A stretch of 64,000 nt of DNA from an uncultured Gammaproteobacteria bacterium (lineage in GTDB: Bacteria > Pseudomonadota > Gammaproteobacteria > UBA9214): the NCBI GenBank assembly GCA_942491995.1, contig CALOCX010000017.1, forward strand, positions 67,138-131,137, given 5' to 3'. Shown here one piece after another: positions 9,021-19,414 of this stretch. The translations under genes were made by a program, and so were the position numbers. The notes under the pieces are model-generated. The model was not told the origin of the DNA. It did no database searches and was given only the letters and a program-made list of their open reading frames with translations. Every line of letters starts with the position of its first letter. Position 1 is the stretch's first letter.

Positions 9021-9794
9021 CTACAGTTCATAGTCGTAATCCATAATAAGGGGTGCATGATCAGAAAAGCGTTTCGCCTTGTAGATGTGTGCCGCCTGGA
9101 CTGTCTTTGCAATACCGGGCGTTGCCACCTGATAATCAATCCGCCAGCCGACATTTTTCGCCCAGGCCTGCCCGCGGTTTGACCACCAGGTATATTGTTC
9201 GGATTCCTGATTCACCTCACGAAACGTATCCACATAGCCTGCGGGCCCAAACAATTCATCCATCCAGGCACGTTCTTCCGGTAAAAAACCGGAATTCTTC
9301 TTATTGCCGCGCCAGTTCTTCAGGTCGACTTCCTTATGGGCAATATTCCAGTCGCCACAGAGAATATAGTCGCGCCGCTTCCTCCTCAGCGAGCGCAGCC
9401 AGGGCATGAAGCGGTCCAGAAAACTGAACTTGACGGCCTGTCGCGCCTCGCTGGATGAACCGGATGGCAGGTAGACGGATATGACACTCAATGCGCCAAA
9501 GCGGGCCTCGATGTAGCGCCCTTCAGCATCCATGTCCGGCCAACCCAGGCCGGTAATGACCCTGTCGGGTTTGCGCTGGCTGTAGATAGCCACACCGCTA
9601 TAGCCCTTCTTTTCGGCATCATGGAAGCTTACATGCCAGCCGCGTGGATGAAACACCTTGTCCTGCAACTGATGCAACTGTGCCTTTGTTTCCTGGATAC
9701 AGACAACATCCGCCTGCTGCCGTGTCATCCACTGAAAAAAGCCCTTCCGGGCGGCCGCACGAATGCCGTTCACGTTGATCGTAATGATGCGCAT
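9021..9794 (-). CDS. xthA: exodeoxyribonuclease III
   Basis: MRIITINVNGIRAA..., catalytic CIQETK, GDWNIAH, SDHAPL all present. ATG at 9794 after a GGTGAGA RBS. Confidence 0.85.
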   Translation of the reverse strand: MRIITINVNGIRAAARKGFFQWMTRQQADVVCIQETKAQLHQLQDKVFHPRGWHVSFHDAEKKGYSGVAIYSQRKPDRVITGLGWPDMDAEGRYIEARFGALSVISVYLPSGSSSEARQAVKFSFLDRFMPWLRSLRRKRRDYILCGDWNIAHKEVDLKNWRGNKKNSGFLPEERAWMDELFGPAGYVDTFREVNQESEQYTWWSNRGQAWAKNVGWRIDYQVATPGIAKTVQAAHIYKAKRFSDHAPLIMDYDYEL

Positions 9795-9863
9795 GGTTCT
9801 CACCGGCTGGATCCGGCGTGTATGATAGCGACCCCAGCCAGCGATAACGACCTCTAACTACCC

Positions 9864-10505
9864 ATGAAAAACTACCAGCATGACTTTATCGACTTTGCCA
9901 TCAATGCCGGCGTACTGCGCTTCGGTGACTTCACTCTGAAATCCGGCAGAACCAGTCCCTACTTCTTCAACGCCGGACTGTTCAATACCGGCGAACAGCT
10001 GGCCCGACTCGGTCGTTGTTATGCACAGGCCATTACCGACAGCAACATTGATTTTGATGTGTTGTTCGGCCCCGCCTACAAGGGCATCCCGCTGGCAGCA
10101 GCGACCAGTATTGCGCTGGCAGACCATCATCAACGCAACATACCCTGGTGTTTCAATCGCAAGGAAGCCAAGGATCATGGTGAGGGTGGCAACCTTGTCG
10201 GTGCCGGCTTATCCGGAAAAATTCTGGTTATTGATGACGTCATCACTGCCGGTACGGCAATCCGTGAATCAGTCGACATCATCAAGGCCGCAGGTGCCAT
10301 GCTCGCCGGCGTGATCATCGCCCTTGACCGGCAGGAGCGCGGCCAGGATGAGCGCTCCGCGATTCAGGAGGTCGAGGAAACACTCGGCATCAGGGTCACC
10401 AGTATTGTGACACTGACGCACCTGCTTGAATATTTGCGCAGCAAGCCCGGGCACGCCGAAGACGTGAAGAAGATCGAAGCCTATCGCGAACAGTACGGTA
10501 TATAA
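9864..10505 (+). CDS. pyrE: orotate phosphoribosyltransferase
   Basis: 213 aa, near-identical architecture to E. coli PyrE ([24 protein letters not shown]...[15 protein letters not shown]). Confidence 0.95.
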   Translation: MKNYQHDFIDFAINAGVLRFGDFTLKSGRTSPYFFNAGLFNTGEQLARLGRCYAQAITDSNIDFDVLFGPAYKGIPLAAATSIALADHHQRNIPWCFNRKEAKDHGEGGNLVGAGLSGKILVIDDVITAGTAIRESVDIIKAAGAMLAGVIIALDRQERGQDERSAIQEVEETLGIRVTSIVTLTHLLEYLRSKPGHAEDVKKIEAYREQYGI

Positions 10506-10557
10506 CAGCAGCTGTCAGACAGGATAGCCTGGTTTACAGGGCGAGAGCGAACACGCA

Positions 10558-11397
10558 TCAGGCGAAAATGAGCTTGACACCCACCAGCAACGTCACCACC
10601 TCGAAGACGCGTTTGATCCAGCGATTACCGGACCGGATGGCCAGATGCGCACCGAGATAACCGCCCAGCAGCGACCCGAGCAGCAGCGCCGGCAGCCAGG
10701 ACCAGCGGATTTCGGCCAGCAGTCCCAGCGTCACGGCACCGGTCGCATTCCAGAAGACCCCGACAAGTATTAAGGTGTAGGCGATTGCGCGGCGGTAATC
10801 CAGCCCGAACCAGCGTACCAGCCACAGTGTCACAAACAAGCCCGTTCCGGATGTCAGCGAGCCATTGAGCGCACCGATCGCAAACAACACCAGGCCACCA
10901 ACGAGATGGCCACGCCGGTCACGGTGCGCCGCCTGCACCTGCTGGCCGAGGCCGGGATTCAGCCATGAATAGATCCCCAGGGCAGCCGTCAGAATCCCCA
11001 GAGCCACCTTCGCTGATCGTTCCGGAACATCGAGGATGATATTCGCCCCGGTAATGACGCCCGGCAGACCGAACGCGAGGATATAGAGCGTCAGCTGTCG
11101 TTCCAGCGGCTGCTCCCTCAAGTGCCTGACAGTAGCGCCGATACCCAGAGCGACGCTGGCAACCTTGTGAGTTGCCAATGCGATGGCAAACGGCAGGCCC
11201 ATGAAGATCAGGACCGGCAGCTGGATCAGCCCGGCGCCACCACCCGAAAAGGCTGAAAACAGGTTGGCTACCAGGGACACGATAAACAGGATGAGTTGAT
11301 CCAGAGCGTCCACCACTACTCCCGATTTGCACAGAAACGTTATAATTTGAGAAATCACCAGATAGAATACAGGGTATGACACCGGGACAGATGTCAC
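10558..11397 (-). CDS. TSUP/TauE-SafE family (DUF81) membrane transporter
   Basis: Multi-TM with GGGAGLIQLPVLIFMG and a second half-repeat. True start may be the GTG at 11313 (GGGAG RBS) rather than 11397, which would abut the divergent gene. Confidence 0.7.
   Translation of the reverse strand: MTSVPVSYPVFYLVISQIITFLCKSGVVVDALDQLILFIVSLVANLFSAFSGGGAGLIQLPVLIFMGLPFAIALATHKVASVALGIGATVRHLREQPLERQLTLYILAFGLPGVITGANIILDVPERSAKVALGILTAALGIYSWLNPGLGQQVQAAHRDRRGHLVGGLVLFAIGALNGSLTSGTGLFVTLWLVRWFGLDYRRAIAYTLILVGVFWNATGAVTLGLLAEIRWSWLPALLLGSLLGGYLGAHLAIRSGNRWIKRVFEVVTLLVGVKLIFA
11341..11346 (+). promoter_or_regulatory. perfect -10 hexamer TATAAT upstream of the DUF4124 gene
   Basis: TATAAT at 11341-11346, 54 nt before the ATG at 11400. 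No good -35 seen. Confidence 0.25.
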
Positions 11398-11399
11398 AC

Positions 11400-12425
11400 A
11401 TGAAGATTTTCCACGCTTTTATTTTGCTGGCGACACTGTTAGGCGCAACCAGCGCAACTGCCGAACGTACCTTCAAGTGGATAGATAATGAAGGCCAGGT
11501 TCACTACGGCAACCGCGTCCCGCCCGAGTATGCCAAAAAAGAACGCAAGGTAATAAACGAACAGGGTCGGACGGTAAAGGTCTACGAGGCCGCCAAGACA
11601 CCCGAGGAAAGAGCGGCCGCGGAAAAAGCCGCTGAACTGGAAGCCAGAAAAAAATCCCTCGATGAAAAGCGTGCTATTCATGATCGCAGTCTGCTTGCCA
11701 CCTATGCCAGCGAGCAGGATATGCTGCTCGCGCGTGATGGCAAGGTCGCCTCTGTTGAAGCACTGCTGCAGCTGACCAGCAGCCGGGTTGCATCCATGAA
11801 ACAACGGCTGCATGAATTGACCGAGGAGGCAGCGACCTACGAACGCAGCGGCAAACAACTGCCACACACAGTCGAAGCTCAAATAACCAATCTGCGCACC
11901 CAGATCATCAGGAACGAGGCCTTCATCAAGGAGAAAGAGCAGGAACTGGGCGATATAAACAAGCAATTTGATGCGGACATCAGTCGCTTCATCGAACTGA
12001 CCGCAGAGCGGGAGAACACGGAAACCTCTGCGCAGCGAATCGCAAATCTTGAAGCGGCGAAGAACAATCCGAACATCGAACTTACCCGCCATGACCGGAC
12101 GCTGCTAACAACCTATGGCGACGAAGAAGACCTCGTGCTGGAGCAGGAACAGAAGCTTGAGTCAATCAATGAGCTGATTGCACTAACCAGTGAACGCATT
12201 GCATCCATGCAGATTCATTTTGCCGAACTATCGGATAACGCTGATGAATACGAGAGCAGGGGCCAGAAGCTTCCCGAGGTATTACTTGGCCAGATGAAGA
12301 ATGTTCTGGAAAGTATCGCCCAGAGCGAGGAACTGCTGGCACTGAAAAACAAGGAAAAATCCGACATTGAGCAACAATACTCGGCAGACATCAAGCGCTA
12401 CCGCCAGCTGACTGCAAGCAACTAG
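11400..12425 (+). CDS. DUF4124-domain periplasmic coiled-coil protein with two ~110-aa tandem repeats
   Basis: Signal peptide MKIFHAFILLATLLGATSATA. DUF4124 signature FKWIDNEGQVHYGN. Rest is Glu/Lys-rich coiled coil with an internal duplication. Start chosen at the MK codon. Confidence 0.65.
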   Translation: MKIFHAFILLATLLGATSATAERTFKWIDNEGQVHYGNRVPPEYAKKERKVINEQGRTVKVYEAAKTPEERAAAEKAAELEARKKSLDEKRAIHDRSLLATYASEQDMLLARDGKVASVEALLQLTSSRVASMKQRLHELTEEAATYERSGKQLPHTVEAQITNLRTQIIRNEAFIKEKEQELGDINKQFDADISRFIELTAERENTETSAQRIANLEAAKNNPNIELTRHDRTLLTTYGDEEDLVLEQEQKLESINELIALTSERIASMQIHFAELSDNADEYESRGQKLPEVLLGQMKNVLESIAQSEELLALKNKEKSDIEQQYSADIKRYRQLTASN

Positions 12426-13355
<930 letters not shown>

Positions 13356-13412
13356 TCAAAAGAATCGGTTAACGAGTGTACGCGGTGAAAAGGCAAACAG
13401 ACAAGTCAGTGA

Positions 13413-16043
13413 TCAGAATGGCAGCGACAGGTGCATGTTGACCTGCAGCATTACACGTCGGAAATCACCCATGATGCGTGCCAGCGCTTCATCATTGTCA
13501 GCCTCAAATCGCAATACCAGCACCGGCGTGGTATTCGATGCACGCACCAGCCCCCAGCCATCCTCGAAGTCGGCCCGCAGACCATCGATGGTAGAGACCG
13601 TCGCACCCTCGAAGTGGGCACTTTCCAGCAACTGGTTGATGAATACGGGTGGCTCTCCTTCCCGCATGGTGACATTTATCTCGGGGGTGTTCACGCTGTC
13701 AGGCAGCGCAGCGAACACCTCGGTACTGCTACGCTCGTCCCTGGCAAGAATTTCAAGCAGGCGTGCCGCCGCATACAGGGCATCATCAAATCCATACCAG
13801 CGCTCCTTGATAAATATATGGCCGCTCATTTCACCGGCCAGCAGCGCACCGGTCTCCTTGATTTTCGCCTTGATAAAGGAATGCCCGGTTTTCCACATCA
13901 GCGGCTCGCCGCCATGTTCACGAATAATGGTGTCCAGGTAACGCGTGCACTTTACATCATAGATAATCTGCCCACCCGGATTGCGTGTCAGTATGTCGAT
14001 CGCGTATAGCATCAACACGCGATCCGGCCAGATAATCCTGCCATCCGCAGTGACCACACCGAGGCGATCACCGTCGCCATCAAATGCCAGGCCGATATCA
14101 GCCTGTGTGTCCGCGACAGCAGCGATAAGATCCTGCATGTTCTCGGCCTTGCTGGGATCGGGATGATGATTTGGAAAGTTCCCATCGACCTCGCAGAACA
14201 GCTCGGTAACCTCACACCCCAGGCCTTTCAGTAACTGGGGGATCACTCCACCGGCAACGCCGTTACCACAATCAACGACCACTTTAAGCGGCCGGGCAAC
14301 AGTGACATCACTGCGAATGCGTTCGATGTAGTCCGGGACCACGTTGATCATCTCGATACTGCCTTCGCCGGAGATGAATTTCCCCGCCTTGATACGCTCG
14401 TGCAGCGACTGTATCGATTCACCCGACAGGGTTTCGCCATCAATCACTATCTTCAGGCCATTATAGTCGGGTGGATTGTGGCTGCCTGTCACCACCACGC
14501 CACTCTGGGTATCCAGATAATGGGTGGCAAAATAGAGTACCGGTGTCGGTACGCAGCCTATATCCTTCACATCGCAACCGGTTGATGCAATTCCGGCAAT
14601 CAGTGCCTCGGAAAGTGATGGCCCGGAGAGACGCCCGTCACGCCCGACAACAACGGTGTCACGTCCACGCTGCAGTGCCTCGCTGCCGATCGCACGTCCG
14701 ATCAGCCTCACAGCGGCTGTCGTCAGTGACTGGTCAACAACACCGCGAATGTCATAAGCCCGGAATATCGAGGGGTCGATATCGACATTTTCATCATCTG
14801 CTTCCATGATCAGTGGATCTTCCTCCAGTATCAGGTTGTCACTTCGTATGGCAGAACCAAAGTCGGCTGCAATACCTTCATCAATACCACCCTCGTCCAT
14901 ATCATCACCGGACTCAGCTGCTGCCCCATGGTAGTCAGCATCCCGTTCGCGTGGTGCCGGTGTAAATTGTTGCGCTGTCTGACTGCTTGCTGCCAATTGT
15001 GTCATGAACTCGATGCTTTCATGCATTTCCGCAAGGCCCGAAGGGTACTCACGTCGTGAGCGCCCATCGCGGAAATCCTTCATAATGGTAACCATACTGA
15101 CCTGGTCGACGCGCAATGCGTTCTTGATCTTGCCGATCAGGACAATGATCAAGGCCACCATCGCAGCGGCAGAAAGTAAAAATGCGCCCAGCACCCACAT
15201 ACTGATACCACCCAGTGCCACCAGGCCACTGACGGCCGGCCAGTAGGCCACCTGCCAGCGGCTGCCCTCGATACGCACCACCCGGTCCGCGTCACCCTGC
15301 TTGAGTGCCTGATCGCCATAGCGGGTGATTACCACGGGAGCACCCTTGGTACCGTCCTGCTGCACTTCAATATAGCCATCCAGCTCGCGTATATCGTTGA
15401 GGATATTCTGCAACACATCGGCCGACAGGGACACCATCAAGTGCCCGACAACACCGCTACCGGCCGGATCCACTACACGACGGGCAATATTGATATGTTG
15501 TTGCGGCGTATTGAACAGATGCACCTCTATCGGTGGCTCAGCTTCAGCGGCTTCCGCTGCGCGCATCTGCGCCAGGGCGGCATAACTCAACGGTGGCGAG
15601 GCATTCATATCCACGTCGGTGATACCGGGAGGCAGCAACTGTACATTGATCGCCTTCGGAAACACGTAGCGCAGGGATTCCTCCCTGGACTGCAGGGCTG
15701 ACTCATTACCGACCATCAACAGATAGGCAATATCCGGGTCCTTGGCCAGCAAGGCGGTTGTTGATCCATAGTAAGCGGCCATTGCCGATACCCGCAGCGC
15801 GACCTGCTGCGTGATAATTTTTGATTCCTGTTCCGTGGCACGCAAAATGGGGCCGGACATCAGCTGTAAAATAAAAGCCGCCAGCACCCCGAGCAACGCG
15901 ACGCCCGCAAGCAGCAGCTGAAACCGTATCTTGCCCAGACTCGCCGGCTTGATATCCCCTGTCAGCTGCGGCATCGGTTTCGAAACCGGCTCGTCATCTG
16001 CTGATTTTTTGCGGTTGAGAAAGCTGGGAAGCGATAACTTCAT
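13413..16043 (-). CDS. algC: phosphomannomutase/phosphoglucomutase (AlgC-type), long form with ~400-aa N-terminal two-TM extension
   Basis: C-terminal ~460 aa is a PMM/PGM with the TGSHNPPDYNGLK active-site loop. N-terminus has two hydrophobic segments flanking a ~200-aa domain. argB-algC-dut synteny. Confidence 0.85.
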   Translation of the reverse strand: MKLSLPSFLNRKKSADDEPVSKPMPQLTGDIKPASLGKIRFQLLLAGVALLGVLAAFILQLMSGPILRATEQESKIITQQVALRVSAMAAYYGSTTALLAKDPDIAYLLMVGNESALQSREESLRYVFPKAINVQLLPPGITDVDMNASPPLSYAALAQMRAAEAAEAEPPIEVHLFNTPQQHINIARRVVDPAGSGVVGHLMVSLSADVLQNILNDIRELDGYIEVQQDGTKGAPVVITRYGDQALKQGDADRVVRIEGSRWQVAYWPAVSGLVALGGISMWVLGAFLLSAAAMVALIIVLIGKIKNALRVDQVSMVTIMKDFRDGRSRREYPSGLAEMHESIEFMTQLAASSQTAQQFTPAPRERDADYHGAAAESGDDMDEGGIDEGIAADFGSAIRSDNLILEEDPLIMEADDENVDIDPSIFRAYDIRGVVDQSLTTAAVRLIGRAIGSEALQRGRDTVVVGRDGRLSGPSLSEALIAGIASTGCDVKDIGCVPTPVLYFATHYLDTQSGVVVTGSHNPPDYNGLKIVIDGETLSGESIQSLHERIKAGKFISGEGSIEMINVVPDYIERIRSDVTVARPLKVVVDCGNGVAGGVIPQLLKGLGCEVTELFCEVDGNFPNHHPDPSKAENMQDLIAAVADTQADIGLAFDGDGDRLGVVTADGRIIWPDRVLMLYAIDILTRNPGGQIIYDVKCTRYLDTIIREHGGEPLMWKTGHSFIKAKIKETGALLAGEMSGHIFIKERWYGFDDALYAAARLLEILARDERSSTEVFAALPDSVNTPEINVTMREGEPPVFINQLLESAHFEGATVSTIDGLRADFEDGWGLVRASNTTPVLVLRFEADNDEALARIMGDFRRVMLQVNMHLSLPF

Positions 16044-16139
16044 GACAGTGGAAATAGACTCTAAGCCCTTGTGTTTTCTTTGGAAGCTGGAAAGACTACC
16101 AGTAGCAGTGTATCGGCACGGCGGGCCGATTAGTTGACC

Positions 16140-16595
16140 CTAGTGACGTCCCGAATGCCCGAAACCACCCGCGCCGCGCTCACTGACGACAAAATCCTCA
16201 ACGATTTCAAAGTCTGCATGCACCACCGGTACGATCACCATCTGCGCGATACGCTCGCCTGGCTCGATGACGAACGTTTCCGATCCACGATTCCAGCAGG
16301 AAACAAACACCTGGCCCTGATAATCCGAATCTATCAGTCCCACCAGATTGCCAAGAACAATGCCGTGCTTGTGACCCAGGCCCGAGCGCGGTAACAATAC
16401 CGCCGCAAGCCCGGCATCGGCCACGTGAATCGCCATACCGGTAGGTATCAGGTGGGTATCACCGGGCGCCATTTCCAGTGGCGCATCCAGACAGGCGCGC
16501 ATATCCATACCTGCGGAGCCATCCGTTGCATAGTGTGGCAGTGGAAACTCGCTGCCGAGGCGTTGATCGAGAATCTTAAGCTGAATCTTTTGCAT
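16140..16595 (-). CDS. dut: dUTP diphosphatase
   Basis: 151 aa, dUTPase motifs [28 protein letters not shown]. Confidence 0.95.
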   Translation of the reverse strand: MQKIQLKILDQRLGSEFPLPHYATDGSAGMDMRACLDAPLEMAPGDTHLIPTGMAIHVADAGLAAVLLPRSGLGHKHGIVLGNLVGLIDSDYQGQVFVSCWNRGSETFVIEPGERIAQMVIVPVVHADFEIVEDFVVSERGAGGFGHSGRH

Positions 16596-17835
16596 GAATC
16601 CTGATTACCTTTTCCTGACGGGTTTTGCTATCCCCGCGAAGTTTATCTTCGAAACGTTCGGCGATGACCGCAAGCAGTTGCCGGGACAGTCTGGACTTGC
16701 TCGCAAGGGGCAACGACTGCTCACCCTGTGCCCATAGCACATGCAGTGCGTTGTCTTCCTGATCAAAACCCTGCTGCTGCCCGACAGCATTGGCGGCGAT
16801 CATATCGAGTTTTTTTGCCAGCAGCTTGTCCCGGGCGTTGCTTTCGAGGGCCTGCGTTTCCGCCGCAAAGCCGACTGTAAACGGCGCATCGGGCAGTGCC
16901 GCCACGTCTGCCAGAATATCCCGGTTAGGTGTTAATTCCAGTGACAACGTCGCTGCGGTTTTCTTCAGCTTCTGCTGAGCAACGCTTGCCGGACGGTAAT
17001 CGGCGACGGCAGCTACACTGATAAATATGTCTATATCGGCAATGTCTTTCATCACGGCGGCATGCATTTCGGCCGCACTTTCTACATCGATACGCCGTAC
17101 CCGGGCAGGTGTCTCCAGACTGACCGGTCCGCTGATCAGCAGCACACTCGCGCCTGCCTCGGCCGCGGCAGCGGCCACGGCATAGCCCATCCGACCGGAA
17201 CTGCGATTACTGATGTAACGTACCGGGTCAATAGCCTCTCGGGTTGGCCCGGCGGTTACCAGCACGCGTCGGCCGGCAAGCACGCCTGTGTTAAACAAGC
17301 CGGTAACCGCAGCCACCAGCTCCACAGGCTCCAGCATCCTGCCGGGGCCGCTTTCCCCGCAGGCCTGGCTTCCCTCGGCAGGACCCAGTATTCGCACATC
17401 GCGCTTTTTCAGGACCATGACATTATCCACAGTGGCCGGATTACCCCACATGGCACGGTTCATGGCCGGTGCAACAGCAATCGTGGCATCACAGGCCAGA
17501 CACACGGCCGTCAACAGATCGTCGGCGCGTCCCGATACCTGTCGGGCGATAAAATCCGCCGTAGCCGGTGCTATCAACAGTGCATCCGCCCAGCGTGCCA
17601 GTTCGATATGCCCCATGGCCGCTTCCGCACCGCTATCCAGCAAATCGGTGTGCACCGGATGCGCGGACAACGCCTGGAAGGTAAGCGGAGTTACAAACTC
17701 CATGGCTGCCGCTGTCATGACCACGCGCACCTCGGCCCCCTGTTGTCGCAGTTGCCGTACCAGCTCGGCGCTCTTGTAAGCGGCAATACCGCCGGTCACG
17801 CCAAGCAGAATGTGTTTTCCGGATAGCTCGTTCAT
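16576..17835 (-). CDS. coaBC: bifunctional phosphopantothenoylcysteine decarboxylase / phosphopantothenate-cysteine ligase
   Basis: [21 protein letters not shown]... flavoprotein N-terminus plus CoaB C-terminus. ATG at 17835; the track ORF's 112-codon upstream extension is not coding. Overlaps dut by 20 bp. Confidence 0.9.
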   Translation of the reverse strand: MNELSGKHILLGVTGGIAAYKSAELVRQLRQQGAEVRVVMTAAAMEFVTPLTFQALSAHPVHTDLLDSGAEAAMGHIELARWADALLIAPATADFIARQVSGRADDLLTAVCLACDATIAVAPAMNRAMWGNPATVDNVMVLKKRDVRILGPAEGSQACGESGPGRMLEPVELVAAVTGLFNTGVLAGRRVLVTAGPTREAIDPVRYISNRSSGRMGYAVAAAAAEAGASVLLISGPVSLETPARVRRIDVESAAEMHAAVMKDIADIDIFISVAAVADYRPASVAQQKLKKTAATLSLELTPNRDILADVAALPDAPFTVGFAAETQALESNARDKLLAKKLDMIAANAVGQQQGFDQEDNALHVLWAQGEQSLPLASKSRLSRQLLAVIAERFEDKLRGDSKTRQEKVIRIHAKDSA

Positions 17836-17956
17836 TACGCAGCAGTTTAGCAGATGATTGTTTGTGACCGCGATAGCGCTGACAAGCGCCTGCTGCCTAC
17901 GGCAAGTAGTGAATTTTCCCTCTGTGTAGCGATTGCTTTCTGTGGCATATAGAGCC

Positions 17957-18634
17957 ATGCACAGCATACGGGACTGGCCCAGCGATGAACGGCCACGTGA
18001 AAAACTGCTCCGCCGTGGTCCGAATGCGTTATCGGATGCCGAGCTGCTCGCCATCTTCCTGCGCACCGGGGTAGCGGGTAAAACGGCGGTTGATCTGGCA
18101 CGCGACTTGCTGACCCTGTTCGGTGGTCTGCGGCCGTTACTGGAGGCAGACCGGCAGAGCTTTTGCACCCATCACGGCCTGGGAGAAGCGACCTACGCGC
18201 AGCTGCAGGCGGTCATGGAAATCGCGCGCCGCCACCTGCAGGAACAGATGCAGCGAGGTGATCCGCTGGAGAATCCGGATGCGACGCGCCAGTTCCTTTC
18301 CAGTCGTTTGCGACACCTTCCCTACGAGGTGTTCGCCTGTCTCTTCCTGGACAACCGCCACCGGGTGATAGATTTTGAGGAACTGTTTCGCGGCACCATT
18401 GATGGCGCCAGCGTACACCCACGCGAAGTCGTACGACGCGCCCTGCATCACAATGCAGCAGCCATTATTCTCGCCCACAACCATCCCTCCGGCATGGCAG
18501 AACCGAGCCGTGCCGACGTACAGCTGACGCGCCGGCTGGTGGACGCTCTGACACTTGTGGATGTGCGGGTGCTTGACCATGTCGTGGTGGGTGACGGCAG
18601 CGGTGTATCATTTGCAGAACGCGGACTGATCTGA
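17957..18634 (+). CDS. radC: RadC/YicR-family JAB-domain protein
   Basis: PREKLL...[14 protein letters not shown]...HNHPSG...; divergent from coaBC as in E. coli. ATG at 17957. Confidence 0.8.
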   Translation: MHSIRDWPSDERPREKLLRRGPNALSDAELLAIFLRTGVAGKTAVDLARDLLTLFGGLRPLLEADRQSFCTHHGLGEATYAQLQAVMEIARRHLQEQMQRGDPLENPDATRQFLSSRLRHLPYEVFACLFLDNRHRVIDFEELFRGTIDGASVHPREVVRRALHHNAAAIILAHNHPSGMAEPSRADVQLTRRLVDALTLVDVRVLDHVVVGDGSGVSFAERGLI

Positions 18635-18721
18635 ACTGCCAGGATCACAGAATTATCATCATCAATTCTGCATGCCATTGATTTCCATGGAAGTTGACAG
18701 ATTAGCAGGCGGCGGCCTGCC

Positions 18722-18750
18722 TTGTCAGGCGCGGCTGTTTCTGGTATAAA
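18722..18750 (+). promoter_or_regulatory. candidate sigma-70 promoter TTGTCA-17bp-TATAAA upstream of rpmB
   Basis: -35 TTGTCA at 18722-18727 and -10 TATAAA at 18745-18750 with 17-bp spacer. Predicted start ~18757. Confidence 0.3.
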
Positions 18751-18757
18751 GTGCGCC

Positions 18758-18783
18758 CTTCCCGCTGTTGGCGGGGTTTTTTT
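18758..18783 (+). terminator. GC hairpin + U7 immediately upstream of rpmB (radC terminator or rpmB leader attenuator)
   Basis: CCCGC-tgttg-GCGGG stem then TTTTTTT at 18777-18783, 15 nt before the rpmB ATG. Confidence 0.4.
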
Positions 18784-18798
18784 ACGAGGTTTAGAGCA

Positions 18799-19035
18799 AT
18801 GTCCAGAGTATGTCAGGTCACGGGTAAGCGTCCGCAAAGCGGCAACAACGTGTCCCACGCCAATAACAGAACCCGTCGTCGCTTCCTGCCCAACCTGCAT
18901 GAACACCGCTTCTGGGTGGCCGCGGAAAAGCGCTTTGTAAAACTGCGTGTATCTGCCAAGGGTATGCGCATTATCGACAAGCTGGGCATTGAGAACGTAC
19001 TCGCCGACCTGCGTGCGCGCGGCGAAAAGGTCTAG
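18799..19035 (+). CDS. rpmB: 50S ribosomal protein L28
   Basis: [33 protein letters not shown]... 78 aa. The track ORF starts 16 codons too early. Confidence 0.9.
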   Translation: MSRVCQVTGKRPQSGNNVSHANNRTRRRFLPNLHEHRFWVAAEKRFVKLRVSAKGMRIIDKLGIENVLADLRARGEKV

Positions 19036-19046
19036 GAGCTTACATC

Positions 19047-19202
19047 ATGCGTGACAAAATCAAACTCGTCTCCAGCGCCGGCACCGGTCACTATTACACG
19101 ACCACCAAGAACAAGCGAAACATGCCGGAAAAAATGGAAATCAAGAAATTTGACCCGGTGGTACGCAAGCATGTGCCCTATAAGGAAGCGAAGATAAAAT
19201 AG
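19047..19202 (+). CDS. rpmG: 50S ribosomal protein L33
   Basis: Translated by hand: [51 protein letters not shown] (51 aa), 11 nt after rpmB. Absent from the ORF track (<60 aa). Confidence 0.85.
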   Translation: MRDKIKLVSSAGTGHYYTTTKNKRNMPEKMEIKKFDPVVRKHVPYKEAKIK

Positions 19203-19227
19203 CCGTGCAGTCGATAGCCAATAGATG

Positions 19228-19252
19228 AAACCCGGCATGGCCGGGTTTTTTA
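19228..19252 (+). terminator. rho-independent terminator of rpmBG
   Basis: aaaCCCGGCatgGCCGGGtttttt, a 9-bp stem plus T-tract. Confidence 0.7.
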
Positions 19253-19414
19253 TTGCCTGTAACAATATCCCCGCACCCATATCAATTTCCGTGGGTGCGC
19301 CGTCCCCGGGGCGATTGTGTTTTTCGGTAATCAAATCGCGGCGAGGAAACTTCCGCGTCCTGCTCACGCCCCTCACCTACATCCCTGTAGGCGACGCCAC
19401 TCCTTCGCGTCTGT

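Noticed and set aside
16576-18168. 530-aa extended reading frame for coaBC
   Set aside because: CoaBC homology begins at MNELSGK (ATG at 17835). The 112 upstream codons are Arg/Ser-rich and overlap the radC promoter region.
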